Positions 36,626 through 48,019 of a stretch of 64,000 nt of DNA are shown here, in pieces. Both the position numbers and the translations under genes were made by a program. Position 1 is the first letter of the stretch; each line of letters opens with the position of its first letter. This DNA comes from an uncultured delta proteobacterium (GTDB taxonomy: Bacteria > Myxococcota_A > Polyangia > Polyangiales > Polyangiaceae). The DNA lies in the NCBI GenBank assembly GCA_963763505.1, contig CAVXOZ010000009.1:463596-527595 (forward strand). The letters are read 5' to 3'. The notes beneath the pieces are model-generated. The model searched no databases. It was not told the origin of the DNA and saw only the letters and a list, made by a program, of their open reading frames with translations.

Positions 36626-39450
36626 TCAATCGCCGGCGATGCCTGGCGCGGCCGACGGATTGGCGCGCGCCGATCGCACCGAATCGACGTAATCGATGAC
36701 GCCGAGAAGCTTCTTTGCCGTGCCCGCATAGCGAGACCTCGAGAGCGCGTTCAGCGCATCGGCGGCAGCCGAGAAATCGCGCTCCGCGAGCAGTCCAATC
36801 GCCCGGTGACGCAGAACGTCGGGGTCGGATCCCCCGGGGCCCGCAAAGCTCGCGAGACCGGCGTCGGCGCCCTGTCCGAGCGTGACCGACGCCGCGAGCG
36901 CGCGCTGCAGGTCTGGATCACTGCCGAGCAGCAGCAGCACCGGCAGCCGAAGGTCTGTCTCGGCGAGCACGCCCCCTAGCGTCCCGAGGTCCTTCGAGAA
37001 GCCGGGGCCCGGCCGCTCGAACAGCAAGTCGTTGTCGAGTTGTTGCCAGTGGAAATAGGAAAGTGTGCGTTTGCGAAGCTCGCTCGGCCAGAGCTTGGCG
37101 ACCCATGAGCTCTCTTGAAATCGGAGGCGGGCCGCGTCCTCGTCACGCCAAGCCTCTACGAGCGCATCGGCCGGCGGGTCGTCGGCCGAGAGCCGCAGGC
37201 GCGCCGGCTGGTCGTCGACGACGGGCGGCGCGGCGCGCGTCAGATCATCGAGATAGCGCGCATCGCCCACGAACAGCGCGCCGAGCTGCTCCGGCTCCTC
37301 GATGCCGAGCGCCCGCAGCTCCTGGGCGGCCTTCGGGTCGCGCCACTGGCGAGCGAAGACCTCCTCGCCGACCGGGCCGGCCGCGCCGTTGGTTCCGACC
37401 ATCATGAAGTCGCCGCCGCTGCCGTGCCAGAGCGAGCAGTCGTCGAACGCGTCGCAAAACGCTCTGAGGATCGACTTGGCGTTTGGCTCGCTCATGAGCG
37501 GCGTATGCAGCCAATAGGTCACCACGCCCCCTTCGGTGAGCCGGCTGCGCAGGAGCTGGAAGTATTCGCGGCTATATAGGTTCACCACACCGGCGAGGTG
37601 ATGCGGAGGGGGCTCGCCCGTGATGAGGTCGAAGCGCCGATCGGTGGCTTGAAGGAAGTAGCGGCCGTCCTCGACGTGCACGCGGACCCTGGGGTCGGCG
37701 AGCGGCTGCTCGCGCGGGTCCGGGAAGACGACGGGCGCCATGGCGAGGATGTCCGGCGACACGTCGACGACGTCAATCGTCTCGGGATCGCTGGAATCGG
37801 TGAGCGCCTTGGCGGTGTTTCCCAGCCCATAGCCGATGACGAGCGCGCTGCGCACCCGCGGGAGCACGGCCAGGGGCCAGTACGCGAAGAGCTTCATATA
37901 GCGGCGCCCAGTGAAGGCGCTATTCGACATCGAGTAGGCGTTCGTGCAGAGCTGGTAGTGATGAGTCATGCCGAGCGTGCGGTGTTCGATGTAGATCAGC
38001 GTGGCATCGAGCCCTTCGCGCACCGCGGCGATCCGGTCGTCAGGCGACGAGCGCCATTTGCCGGCCGAAACCGCGACGAACTGCGTTTGGACGGACCCGA
38101 ACGGAAACGCGGCAAGGGCGGCGAGGTAGATCGCCGCGCCCGCAGCGAGAATCCGCGCCGGAGGGCGGGCTTCCGCGAAGCAGACCGCGGCGGCCACGCC
38201 ATAGCAAAGTAGCATCCCGAAGAGCGCCTTTTCCATGCCGACCGTCGGCAGCAAGACGAACCCGGCCAAAAAAGCGCCGAGCGCCGCGCCGACCGTGTTC
38301 AGCGAAAGGAGCAAGCCGGCCGCCCCCGCATCCGAGGGGAGCCGCTCGCGCAACGCGGCGCCAAGGAACGTGAACAGGGCGCCGGACGCGAACGAAGTAC
38401 CGAGGACGAGCGGCGCGGCGAGCGCGACGACCATCGCGGCCCCCTGGACCCCACCCCCGAGGAAGGCCGCCGCGAAGTGCGGGAAGAGCCGCAAGCCGAG
38501 CACGCCGAGCACTGCTGCGGCGAACGAAACGAGCCCCGCGTACGCCGGCGCCGAGGCGATGAGGACCCGGGCCCGCGCGGCGACGAGACTCCCGAGCGCG
38601 ATACCGGACAGCACGATCGCCAGGACCATGGAGAACACGAGACTCGTGCCGTTCAGGAAGAGCAGAAGTACGCGCAGCCAGACGACCTCGAGCGCGAGCA
38701 GCGCGAACCCGGCGACGAATGCGGCCAAGAGCCATGGCCACGCTCGCCCCGATGGGCCAACCCGCTCGGGTCGGTCCGCCGTCGGCGCGACGGCCGTCGC
38801 GGCGCGCGAGGACTTGCCGCTCGAGTCTCGACGCAAGCGCGAGGGCGGCTAGCGCTGCCGTGCCGCTCGCGAGCGCGGCGACGAGGGCGCTCGAGCGGAT
38901 GCCGAGCGTGGGGACGAGCACGACCTCGGCCGTGACGACGCCAAGCACGGCGCCGAGCGTGTTGGCCGCGTACAGGCGACCGAGCACACGGCCGAACGAC
39001 CAATCGCTGGCCGAAAGCGCGCTCGTGAGCAGTGGCAGGGTCGCCCCCATGGCAGTCGACGGCAAGAGCAACAGGAGCAGCGAGAGCGCGAGCCGGAGCG
39101 CGCCTGCCACGAAGGGGTACGCGGCGAGAGCGGTGAGCCGGGGCGCAAGCACGGAGCCGAGCGCGGGCAGCACGTGGACGAGGGCCAGGCCGGCGATGGC
39201 CACGATCGCTTCGAGCGCGGCGTACAGTCCGCATCGGGGACGCGGGGCGCTCAATCCTCTTCGCGAGGAGACCTCCGAGCGATAGCCCCGCCATGAAGCC
39301 CGAGAGCACGAGGCTCGACGTCGTGACGCCGTTGCCGAGCGCGAGCCCCGCCTGGTGAAACCATAGCGCCTCGAAAACGAGCGACGCGGCGCCCGAGCCG
39401 AACGCGATCGCGCACACCGGCAGGACGACCGAACCCCGCGCGACGGACAT
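36626..39450 (-). CDS. Fused polytopic membrane domain + spermidine/spermine synthase-like (polyamine aminopropyltransferase fold) protein; the N-terminal membrane part is split over three frames by two apparent frameshifts
   Basis: The C-domain carries the PABS signatures LVIGYGLGNTAKAL, DVVDVSPDILAMA, VHVEDGRYFL and DLITGEPPP. The membrane helices continue upstream in frame 2 (38804..39254) and frame 3 (39250..39450, starting MSVARGSVVLPVCAIAFGSGAASLVFEALWF). Frameshifts lie near 38810 and near 39250. Confidence 0.6.
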
Positions 39451-39745
39451 GGTCCACTTTATCTCGCCTTGCCTTCAGGGCCGGGAGAAATGGTCCCGAC
39501 GACCGGGCCCAGAAGCTGCTGCTCGACGCCCGCGGCTCGTAGCGGAATTGTGACGTCGAGCGGCCGGCTCAGTTGCACCACGTCGGCGAGGGTGGTACGC
39601 GCGTTCTGGTCGTGGGATCGGCGACGGGCAGAATGCGCAGGGGATCAGCCAGGATCGTCGAGAGTCGAGAGTCGACGGTCGGCCACCGCTTGGCTTCATA
39701 GGACGAGGTTTCGCGCTGGTCTACGTCGCGCTCGCCGCGTCGTTC

Positions 39746-41233
39746 GTGCTCGAGGTTGGGCGATTCCATGACGCCCAGACCGGTTTCACGCCGCTGGTGC
39801 TGTTCGGCGATCGCTTTGCCCCCCAACGTCTCACGCAGCTCCGCGATCTGCCGCTCTACACCTATCGAAACTCGGACGGCTACGACGGCCAGTTCTACGC
39901 GCAGATCGCCGTGGCGGGAAATCCCTTCGATCCCGAGCTGCGTACGGCGCTCGACTCGCCGGCTTACCGCACCCGCCGCATCCTCTTGCCGGCCCTGGCG
40001 CATCTCGTCGGCCTGGGCCGCCCCGCCTGGATCCTCTCGGCCTATGCCCTTTCGAACGTCCTCTGCTGGCTGATCCTCGCGTGGACGACGGCGCGGTGGT
40101 GGTTTCGCCCCACGAGCTTCGACAATCTCGTTCGCTGGATCGGCACCATGTTTGGTGCGGGCATGCTCGTGAGCGTCACGCGCAGCCTGACGGACGGCCC
40201 CTCGCTGCTCTTGATCGCCGCGGGCGTGCGCTGCGTGGAGCTCAATCGTCGCTGGCTCGCCGCCGGCCTCCTCGGGGCCGCCGGCCTCGTGCGCGAGACG
40301 AGCATTCTGGCCGGGACGGCGTTTGTCTCGACGATCAAATCCGCGAGGACAGTGTGGCGCCAAGAGCTGCTGGCCGCCTCGGCGTGCGTTCTCCCGGCGG
40401 TCCTCTGGGGCGGTGTCCTCTTCATTCACTACGGCACGGTGTCGACGGGCGCTCTCGGGGCGCCCCTCCTGGGGCTGCTCGGCGAATGCAAGACGATCGC
40501 CTCGATGCTCCGGACGAGGGGCTTGCTCGTTGCGAAAGACGACATCTACGTGGTCGTCGCGCTGCTGGTCCAGGTCGGCTTCCTGCTCGGGCGCCCGCGA
40601 CCGGCGCTCGCGTGGTGGCGGGTCGGTGCCGCGTTCGCCGTCCTCGCGCTCTTCCTCGGTCCGGGGTTCTGGGACGATGCGCCCACGGGCGTGCCCCGAA
40701 CCTTGCTGCCGCTCACGCTCGCCTTCAACGCGCTCGCGCCGCGCACGCGCGGAGGGCTCGCCCTCCTCGTGGCTGGAAACCTCACGGTGCTCTCGGCCGA
40801 GAGAGCGTTCAACGTCTTGCCCACGGAGCAGACCACCTTCGCCTTTGGCGTCACTTGCGACTACGCGTCAGGCTGGCACGAGGCGGAGCACCTGGGGATG
40901 CGGACCTGGCGGTGGGCGTCCGGCTCGGCGGTCCTCCAGCTCCGCAATCCGACGGCGAAGAGCCTCCGTGTCGACCTCGACTTCGAGATGCTCTCGCAGA
41001 CCGCTCGGACCGTGACGCTCGATGCGCCTGACGCGCACCAAGCGTTTCCCCTGCTGCCGCGGCATCGGCTTCGGGGCCACTTCGGCCCGTTCGAGCTCTT
41101 GCCCGGTGACACGTCGCTCGCATTCGACACCGTCGAGACGCCCTGGACCGAGCCCGGTCCCCACGGCCGACCGCTGAGCTTTTCGCTCCAAAACATGAGG
41201 CTCACGGTCTCGCCGACGATCGAGCCTCCGTAG
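39746..41233 (+). CDS. Polytopic membrane protein, hypothetical (possible GT-C-like glycosyltransferase)
   Basis: GTG start. 10 or more TM helices. Conserved-looking loop YRNSDGYDGQFYAQIAVAGNPFDPE. The C-terminal 100 aa are soluble. Confidence 0.5.
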   Translation: MLEVGRFHDAQTGFTPLVLFGDRFAPQRLTQLRDLPLYTYRNSDGYDGQFYAQIAVAGNPFDPELRTALDSPAYRTRRILLPALAHLVGLGRPAWILSAYALSNVLCWLILAWTTARWWFRPTSFDNLVRWIGTMFGAGMLVSVTRSLTDGPSLLLIAAGVRCVELNRRWLAAGLLGAAGLVRETSILAGTAFVSTIKSARTVWRQELLAASACVLPAVLWGGVLFIHYGTVSTGALGAPLLGLLGECKTIASMLRTRGLLVAKDDIYVVVALLVQVGFLLGRPRPALAWWRVGAAFAVLALFLGPGFWDDAPTGVPRTLLPLTLAFNALAPRTRGGLALLVAGNLTVLSAERAFNVLPTEQTTFAFGVTCDYASGWHEAEHLGMRTWRWASGSAVLQLRNPTAKSLRVDLDFEMLSQTARTVTLDAPDAHQAFPLLPRHRLRGHFGPFELLPGDTSLAFDTVETPWTEPGPHGRPLSFSLQNMRLTVSPTIEPP

Positions 41234-41491
41234 GACCGGCTGATCTGCGCCTCTTGGCCCCGGCCAGCCTCCGGGGTATGGGGCGCAGCCTTGGAGGCTC
41301 TCGCAACCGCGCGAGGAACGACATGAAACTCCCGGACGCGCCGAGCACATCGAGGTCCTTTCCCAGCGATACACCGGTGGCCCGTACGCCTGGTATTGCG
41401 GCCGCAATCAGGTGCGCGTGATCCCGACCATCGTGGCGGACAAGGTCCACGACATGGGCCGGTGATCTCGAAATGGCGCGCCACCCGAGCG

Positions 41492-41875
41492 TCAGCGCTT
41501 CGGGGAGCGCGTCGCCGCCAGACGCCGCTCGACTTCGTGCGCGACCACGACGGCGTTGTTGCGTTCCGTGTCCTTCGCCGCGTAGACGACCGTCACTTCG
41601 TTCGATTGGGCCAGCATGACGAGCGCGTCGACCGCCGCACGGGCCACGGAGCCGCGAGCTCGGAGGGACGCGACATAGTCCTTCTTGAAGGCTGGCCAGC
41701 GCTCGGGATCGTGGGCGAACGACTTTCTCAGCTCGTCGGTCGGTGCGATGTCCTTGAGCCATTCGTCGACGCGAGCCTTCCCTCGCGTGAGCCCGCGCGG
41801 CCACAAGCGGTCGACCAGGACGCGTACGCCATCGGCGCTCGCCGGCGGTTCGTAGACTCGTTTGATGCGGAGCAT
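41492..41875 (-). CDS. DUF488 (YeaO-like) family protein
   Basis: MLRIKRVYEPPASADGVRVLVDRLWPRGL is the canonical DUF488 N-terminus. Confidence 0.8.
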   Translation of the reverse strand: MLRIKRVYEPPASADGVRVLVDRLWPRGLTRGKARVDEWLKDIAPTDELRKSFAHDPERWPAFKKDYVASLRARGSVARAAVDALVMLAQSNEVTVVYAAKDTERNNAVVVAHEVERRLAATRSPKR

Positions 41876-41911
41876 CGAGACCCCAGTATGGCATCGTCGC
41901 GAAGGGTTCGC

Positions 41912-42316
41912 CTATGTCTGAAAATTCTGAATCACGCCGAGCACGCGCCCGTCCATCGCGTCGACGACGATCGTCCACGAGAGGCTCATGCCGACCGTGA
42001 TCCGATACACCAGGCGGTATTCGCGAAACCGGTCATTGTCCTGCCACTGGACGCCCAGCTTCACGTCACGGATGTCCTTCGGTTGAACGGCACCCGCGTC
42101 GACGGGGCCATGATTACCGAAGAAGCCGAGCTTGCGGCCGACGACGCCGGGCAGCCCTCGCGCTTGGTCGGGGGTTAGCCGCGGCTTGACGCAGATGGAC
42201 TCGCGCGGCGACACCCGGGTTTGAAGCCAGCCGATGGCACCGTCGACACCGAACATGACGCTGATCGAAACGCTCGGCTCGAGCTCCGGGAAGGAGGCGC
42301 CGGTCCCCGCGGACAA
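41912..42316 (-). CDS. Hypothetical protein (PepSY-like C-terminus?)
   Basis: 134 aa, good codon bias. C-terminal YRLVYRITVGMSLSWTIVVDAMDGRVLGV resembles PepSY-type beta hairpins. Confidence 0.35.
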   Translation of the reverse strand: MSAGTGASFPELEPSVSISVMFGVDGAIGWLQTRVSPRESICVKPRLTPDQARGLPGVVGRKLGFFGNHGPVDAGAVQPKDIRDVKLGVQWQDNDRFREYRLVYRITVGMSLSWTIVVDAMDGRVLGVIQNFQT

Positions 42317-42406
42317 GTCGTCGAGGTCGGCGCTGACGATGGAGACCGGTGAGCCGGGCAGAGCCTGACGTGCGTTCTCCTCCCGCGTCGTACGCCTCGC
42401 GATCCG

Positions 42407-42871
42407 CTACGGGCCAAAGGCGTCCGGCGGCGTCGAAGCGGGGGAGGCCCGGCGCCTTTGGAGGAGCCGCAAGACCTCGCCGACAACCGTAGCGCCGATG
42501 ATCGGTTTGCGAAGGACGACGTCGCACCCGGCGTCGAGGGCCTGGAATCGGAACGTGTCGGACGTCAACGCGGTTACCGCCACGATCACCGCATCGCGGG
42601 TCCGCACGTCGGCCCGCAAGACGCGCGAGACGTTGAAGCCGCTGACCACCGGCAGCATCAGGTCCAGGACGATCGCCTGAGGACTCGACGCGAGGGCCCT
42701 GTCAATCGCGGCCTCGCCGTTCGGGGCTTCGAGCACCGCGAAGCCAGCGCAACGCAATTCGGCCACGAATAGGTCACGCTGATCGGGGATGTCCTCGACG
42801 ACGAGGACCAGGGGGCCCCCTCCCCGATGTCCCGAGGCATCTGATTCGGAAAGAGGCGCGGCGGGAGCCAC
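42407..42871 (-). CDS. Single-domain response regulator (CheY-like receiver)
   Basis: LVLVVEDIPDQRDLFVAELRCAGFAVLEAPNGEAAIDRA...IVLDLMLP...VTAL with conserved Asp and Lys positions. Confidence 0.8.
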   Translation of the reverse strand: MAPAAPLSESDASGHRGGGPLVLVVEDIPDQRDLFVAELRCAGFAVLEAPNGEAAIDRALASSPQAIVLDLMLPVVSGFNVSRVLRADVRTRDAVIVAVTALTSDTFRFQALDAGCDVVLRKPIIGATVVGEVLRLLQRRRASPASTPPDAFGP

Positions 42872-42958
42872 GGTGGGTATTTATCAGGCGCGCTCCGCCA
42901 CGCCACCGAATAGGTAGCGACCGCAGCCGTAGCCGGCCGAGGTTTCGCGCGGAGCCAT

Positions 42959-44897
42959 TCAGCTCGACGCGCGCCTGCCGGCCAGCACCGCCACCGAGGA
43001 CAGCAGGACCGCGGCGTTCACGGGCTTCGCCGCGTGAAGCTGATACCCGGCGGCGATCGCTCGCACCGCGTCCTCCTCCCGGGAGTACGCGGTCAGAGCG
43101 ATCGCCGGGGTATGGCCGCCCTCGTCGTGAGGCAAACGACGGATCTGCTGCATGAGCGCGAAGCCGTCGATCTCGGGCATGCCGATGTCGGAGATCATGA
43201 CGTCCGAACGGCCACGTCGGACCTCGGCCAGCGCCTCCCGGGCGCTCGAGACGCAGGTGACGACGGCCCCGCAATCCGCGAACATGTCGCTCAGGAGATG
43301 CCTCGTGTCTTCATCGTCGTCGACGACGAGAAGATGCAGGTCATCGAGACGGACATCGGTCGCGCTGTCGCCGGCGGTGAGCACTGGCCGACGCGGAGCG
43401 CGCCGACTTGCTGCCCCATCCGCGTGGATCGGTAGCTCGATGGCGATCGACGTTCCGCACCCCTTGCCTTCGCTGGAGGCGCGGATGGTCCCGCCGTGCG
43501 CGTGAACGATCTGGCTCGCGATGGCCAGACCGAGCCCCAGGCCGCCGTGGCGCCGCGTGGTCGTGGCGTCCCCCTGCCAGAAGGGCTCGAACAGATGCGG
43601 AAGAAACGACGGATCGAGGCCCTCTCCGCTGTCGGTGACCTCAACGACGACTCGATCGTAGGACCGCGTACCCGAGATCTCGACCCGACCCCCCGCGCTC
43701 GTGAACTTGATGGCGTTGGACAGCACGTTCCAGATCACCTGCTGGATGCGCTCCGGATCGACGTCGATGGCGCCAAGGTCGCCGATTCTCGATGCGAGCG
43801 TGATCCCCTTTTCTTCGGTGGCAGGTCGAAGCGAGTCGACGGCCACTCCGATGGTCGCCGCGAGCTCCGTCGACGCGATCTCCAGCCGCAGCTGGCCGAC
43901 GACGATGCGCGAGACGTCGAGAATGTCGTCGATGAGACGCGCCTGCGCGCGCGCGCTGCGCTCGATGATGACGAGCGCGCGATCCAGCTCGGACGAGGAG
44001 TTCCTCCGACGCGCGTTGGCCGCCCAGCCCAGAGATCGAGCTGAGGGGCGTACGGAGCTCGTGCGACACGACCGCGAGAAACTCGTCTTTCACCCGACTG
44101 GCCTGTTCGGCCCGCGCTTGCGCCTGTTCAAGGGTGCGCCGGGCGCGGACCGATTCCGTCACGTCGATGGCAAAGGAGACGACCGCGTCCACCTGGCCCT
44201 GGTCGTCGCGAAGGGGCTGGAGCGTCATGTCGAATACGCCATCGACCGCCCCGACCGTCAAGACATGCTCCATGAGCGAGAGGGGCTCGCCCGTCGCCGC
44301 TACGCGATCGAACAAGGCCATCATTTCGGGCGTCGCTCCGAGCTCCTCGGCGCTCGACCCGACGACCTCGCGCGGACCCAGCAACCCACGAGCCGCGACG
44401 TTGGCAAACTCGCACGCGTGGTCGGAGACGCGAAAGATGCACACGAGCGCGGGGGCGAAGTTCAGCGCGGTCTCGAGCCGAGCACGCCGCTGGCGTTCGC
44501 GTTGCCGGAACAGCTCGACGAACGCCTTCACACGGGCTCGTACGACGGCCACGTCGAAGGGCTTCGTGATGTAGTCGGCTGCTCCCACGCCATAGCCGCG
44601 GTTGGCGTAGGTCTCGTCGCGATGGATCGCCGTGAGGAAGAGGATGGGAACCTCGCGGCCCCTCTCGGTGGCGCGGATGCGAGCTGCGGTCTCGAAGCCA
44701 TCCATCGCGGGCATCTGCACGTCAATCAGGATGGCCGCAAACCAGTTCTGCGCGATGAGATCCAGGGCCTCCTGACCGGAGCCGGCTTCCACGAGCTCGG
44801 CGCCGATCGGCTGCAGCACCGCGACGAGTGCCACCAGGTTCGATGGGGTGTCGTCGACCAGGAGGACGCGCGGCGCCTTGGACTCGAGAGCGTCCAT
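42959..44897 (-). CDS. Hybrid sensor histidine kinase (REC-PAS-HisKA-HATPase_c-REC) with one apparent frameshift near 43965
   Basis: The upstream part (43641..44897) has REC, PAS and the H-box EFLAVVSHELRTPLSSISG. The downstream part (42959..43846 plus open frame up to about 43990) has WAANARRR...ERSARAQARLIDDILDVSRI, the N/G1/G2 boxes and a C-terminal receiver. The two parts join by a 1-nt shift in the G-run ctgggctgggcgg. Confidence 0.75.
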
Positions 44898-45009
44898 GGT
44901 AGTAAGGAGCGTGTCTCATCCGGTGAGCGGGCGCAACCGCGCGACCGGGGCGCAACGCCGACATGTCGTGCAGCGCGCGTCCACGACTCACCGCTTCAGC
45001 GTCACGGGA

Positions 45010-46356
45010 TCACAAGCACGCCCGTTTCCAGCGCTTGATGCCTTCGCGATCGTACTCGTAAGGAACCGCACAGTTGGGCCGGGCGCGCAGGACCGCCGAA
45101 CCCTCGGGCGCGACGACCTCGTGCCGAGGACCCCTTGCGGCAGCGCTCACTGCGTTCGAGTCTTCGCGTTCGCCCTCGTCGATGGGAGCGGCGGCGAGCG
45201 GGACATAGGGCATCTCGATACGGGGAGGTTGAATGGGGCTCGCAGGGACCGCGATGGGCGACGGGGGACCTAGGCGTCGCGGCAGGACAGCGGCGATGGA
45301 GATGACCGTGCCGATCGCGCATGTTCCCGCCAGGACGACCGCACACCTTGGCATCGTTCGCTGCGAAGGCCCGCCTGGCGACGCGCTCCACGTGGATGGA
45401 CGTGCCGCCGCCACGGTGCTCGCGGAGTGGGTGCCCTCGCCGACCGCACGCTCGAACTCGCGGACGAGCTCGGAGGCTCCCTGGTAGCGGTCTTCCGGCC
45501 GGGCCGCGAAGGCGCGCTCGAAGAACGCGGTAAGAGAAACCGGGAGGTTCGGCACCCGCTCGTTGATGTCTACGAAGCGGCGCGCGTGCAGGTTCGCGAG
45601 GAGCTCGGCGGGCTGGACCCCGGGCACTGGCAGCTCGTTGGTCAGCGCTTCGTAGGTCACCGTCGCCAGGGCCCACAGATCGCAATGACGATCGGGAACC
45701 GCGGCACCCCTGGCGTGCTCGGGGCTCATGTAACCGGGGGTTCCCAGGATCACGTTGGCGGCCGTGGAGAACGCCGACGCCTCGGGAACGACGCGGACCG
45801 AGCGCGCGATCCCAAAGTCGAGGATCTTGACCAGTGGAGCCCCGTCTTCGTCGCATGCAAGGAAGATGTTGGCGGGCTTGAGATCGCGGTGCACAACGCC
45901 TTCCGCGTGCGCGTGCTCCAGCGCACGCGCAACTTGGCAGAGGATCTCCGCAAGTCGTGCCGTGGGCAGGGGACCCCGCCGCAGCAGCGTCGTCTCGAGC
46001 GTTTGTCCCGCGAGCAGTTCCATGACGAGGTAGGCAAGAGCGCCTTCTTCGCCGTGATCCGTGACGCGAACGATGTGCTTGCTACCCCGAGAGAGACGGG
46101 CAGCTACCTGGGCCTCGAACCGGAACCGGGCGGCCGCCGTCGCGGCATCCTCGAGGCTGTTGAACTCCGAGCCTCGTGAGAGCACCTTGACGGCCACGCG
46201 TTCGCGCAATGTCCGGTGGTGGGCAACCCACACTTCGCCCATCGAACCGACCCCAAGCTGGTGCACGAGCTCGTACCTGCCGCCGACGATCCGCCCAGGC
46301 GCCATCGGGACGACGGCCGTAGGCCCCTCGGCCAACGCGACGACGGCAGATCGCAT
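45010..46356 (-). CDS. Ser/Thr protein kinase with a C-terminal TM segment
   Basis: GVGSMGEVWVA, VAVK, HRDLKPANIFL, DFG and TPGYMSPE. A TM helix CAIGTVISIAAVL follows the kinase domain. Start is likely MRSAVV at 46356. Confidence 0.8.
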   Translation of the reverse strand: MRSAVVALAEGPTAVVPMAPGRIVGGRYELVHQLGVGSMGEVWVAHHRTLRERVAVKVLSRGSEFNSLEDAATAAARFRFEAQVAARLSRGSKHIVRVTDHGEEGALAYLVMELLAGQTLETTLLRRGPLPTARLAEILCQVARALEHAHAEGVVHRDLKPANIFLACDEDGAPLVKILDFGIARSVRVVPEASAFSTAANVILGTPGYMSPEHARGAAVPDRHCDLWALATVTYEALTNELPVPGVQPAELLANLHARRFVDINERVPNLPVSLTAFFERAFAARPEDRYQGASELVREFERAVGEGTHSASTVAAARPSTWSASPGGPSQRTMPRCAVVLAGTCAIGTVISIAAVLPRRLGPPSPIAVPASPIQPPRIEMPYVPLAAAPIDEGEREDSNAVSAAARGPRHEVVAPEGSAVLRARPNCAVPYEYDREGIKRWKRACL

Positions 46357-47406
46357 TTCCAAAGCCTCCGCCACGGCACGCGCTGACGCAAGACCCATGC
46401 CCCTAAGCCCGGGTCCGCACCCCAAATCGACGACCCGCGGAGCTCCCGGAGCGCTGGAGTGAGGTGGGGGCCCGTCTCTCGCTGACGCCGGGCGGCGACG
46501 CTCCCCCGACTCCCCCGCTTGCGTGAGGGAGCCGGGGACGCGTGTTCTGCTGCATGACGGTACTCGCTACTCGGTTGCGTGGCGATGGGTGCGGGCCCCG
46601 GAGGCGCAGGCCCGTCGACCCGCCAGTCACCGACGGCACGTCACCAGGCCGTGCTCCATGCGGCGGCGCGATCGCGTCGAACGTCAGACTCGGGTGCCCG
46701 AAGTGCCGGGATCGCTGCGAGGCTCGCTACCGACCTGGCTGGCCTCGGCCGTGGTCGGATGGGGATTCGCACCCGCAGGACGACCTCTCAGAATTTCACG
46801 AGGTCATCGGTCCTTCCTGACCAGCAGGGCCTGCTCGCAACCCTCAACTTCTACGAACGAAAGCCGCCTAGGACCGGCGGCTCAACCATGGGGCAGTGCA
46901 GTACGGGGTCCCCTCGGAACCGTGGGGCACCGCCGCCGAAGGAGCTCCGGCGAGTGCAGCCAAGCGCTCCAAATGGCATGGTGCGTGCTCCGTTGACCTC
47001 CGAGTAGAAGGTGCGATCTCGCTTCGCAGAGGACGTATGACCTGGTCTTGGATCGCGGCGGCTTTGCTCTCGGGTATGGTTGCGTGTAGCGGCGGGCGTG
47101 ACGGCGCTGCGCTTGGCAGCCCCGGCATCGGTGGCGGGAGCGTCGACCCAGGCTCAGACAGTGGACGATTCGGCAGCGCCGATGGCGGAGGCGGTGTGTC
47201 GGAGGACGGCGGGGTCGACATCCGAGAGCAGTAGCGACGTCTGCCACCCGCACGGCAGGCGCGTTCGCGGGACTTGTCGAGTCCGCGAATGCTTTCATGC
47301 AAGCTGATCGAGAAATACCATTCGGTCCCCATGTCGCTCGCCGATGCGTGCCTCGTCCGGATGACCGAGACCGAGCCTGTAGACGGGCGTCCACGGCGCT
47401 TTCGCT

Positions 47407-47817
47407 TCACTCGCAGAAGCCCGCGGACGTGTACGTGCACGTGACCGTCACCGAGGCTGCGTCCGGGCACGCGCTGCCGCCCTCGGCTCCCGCACCGAGG
47501 GCGGCGCCCGCGTCCGTCTCGGCCTTGGCATACGCCTCCACGTAGGCGGTCGGCAGAAAGCACTCGTTGTAGTTGAAGCTGCAGGCCGCGGTGCATTCCG
47601 TGTTCGCCGAGTACCCGTTCTGGGAGACCGCGCCCGAGGCGGTCCTGGTCAACCCTCCCGCGAGCTCTTTCTGCACGGCAATGGCGCACGCGAGGGCCGG
47701 CGCAACATCCACCGGCGTCGACATGTCGGGCGGGGGCACGGCGCCGTCGCACGGACCCCGGCCGCATCCGGCCACGCAAGCCGCGAACACGACGATTCGA
47801 GCCGAGGCCGCTCTCAT
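47407..47817 (-). CDS. Small Cys-containing lipoprotein, hypothetical
   Basis: MRAASARIVVFAACVAGCG lipobox. 136 aa. GC3-rich. Confidence 0.45.
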   Translation of the reverse strand: MRAASARIVVFAACVAGCGRGPCDGAVPPPDMSTPVDVAPALACAIAVQKELAGGLTRTASGAVSQNGYSANTECTAACSFNYNECFLPTAYVEAYAKAETDAGAALGAGAEGGSACPDAASVTVTCTYTSAGFCE

Positions 47818-48019
47818 AGAGACTTCGGAAGTGGACGCACCGATCGACCACTTCGAAGCCGAGCGCCTGGTATGCCCGTTGCGAGGGCTCCTCGTCGATC
47901 CAGGGCTCTACGCTGATATTCGGGTTGCGCGTACCACCCTTTGATGAACCCCACCGGGTAGCGAGTGTCGCATCCGTCGGCGTGGGGTGCGCGGAGCCGC
48001 AGGCAGGTCCGGCGACGCG

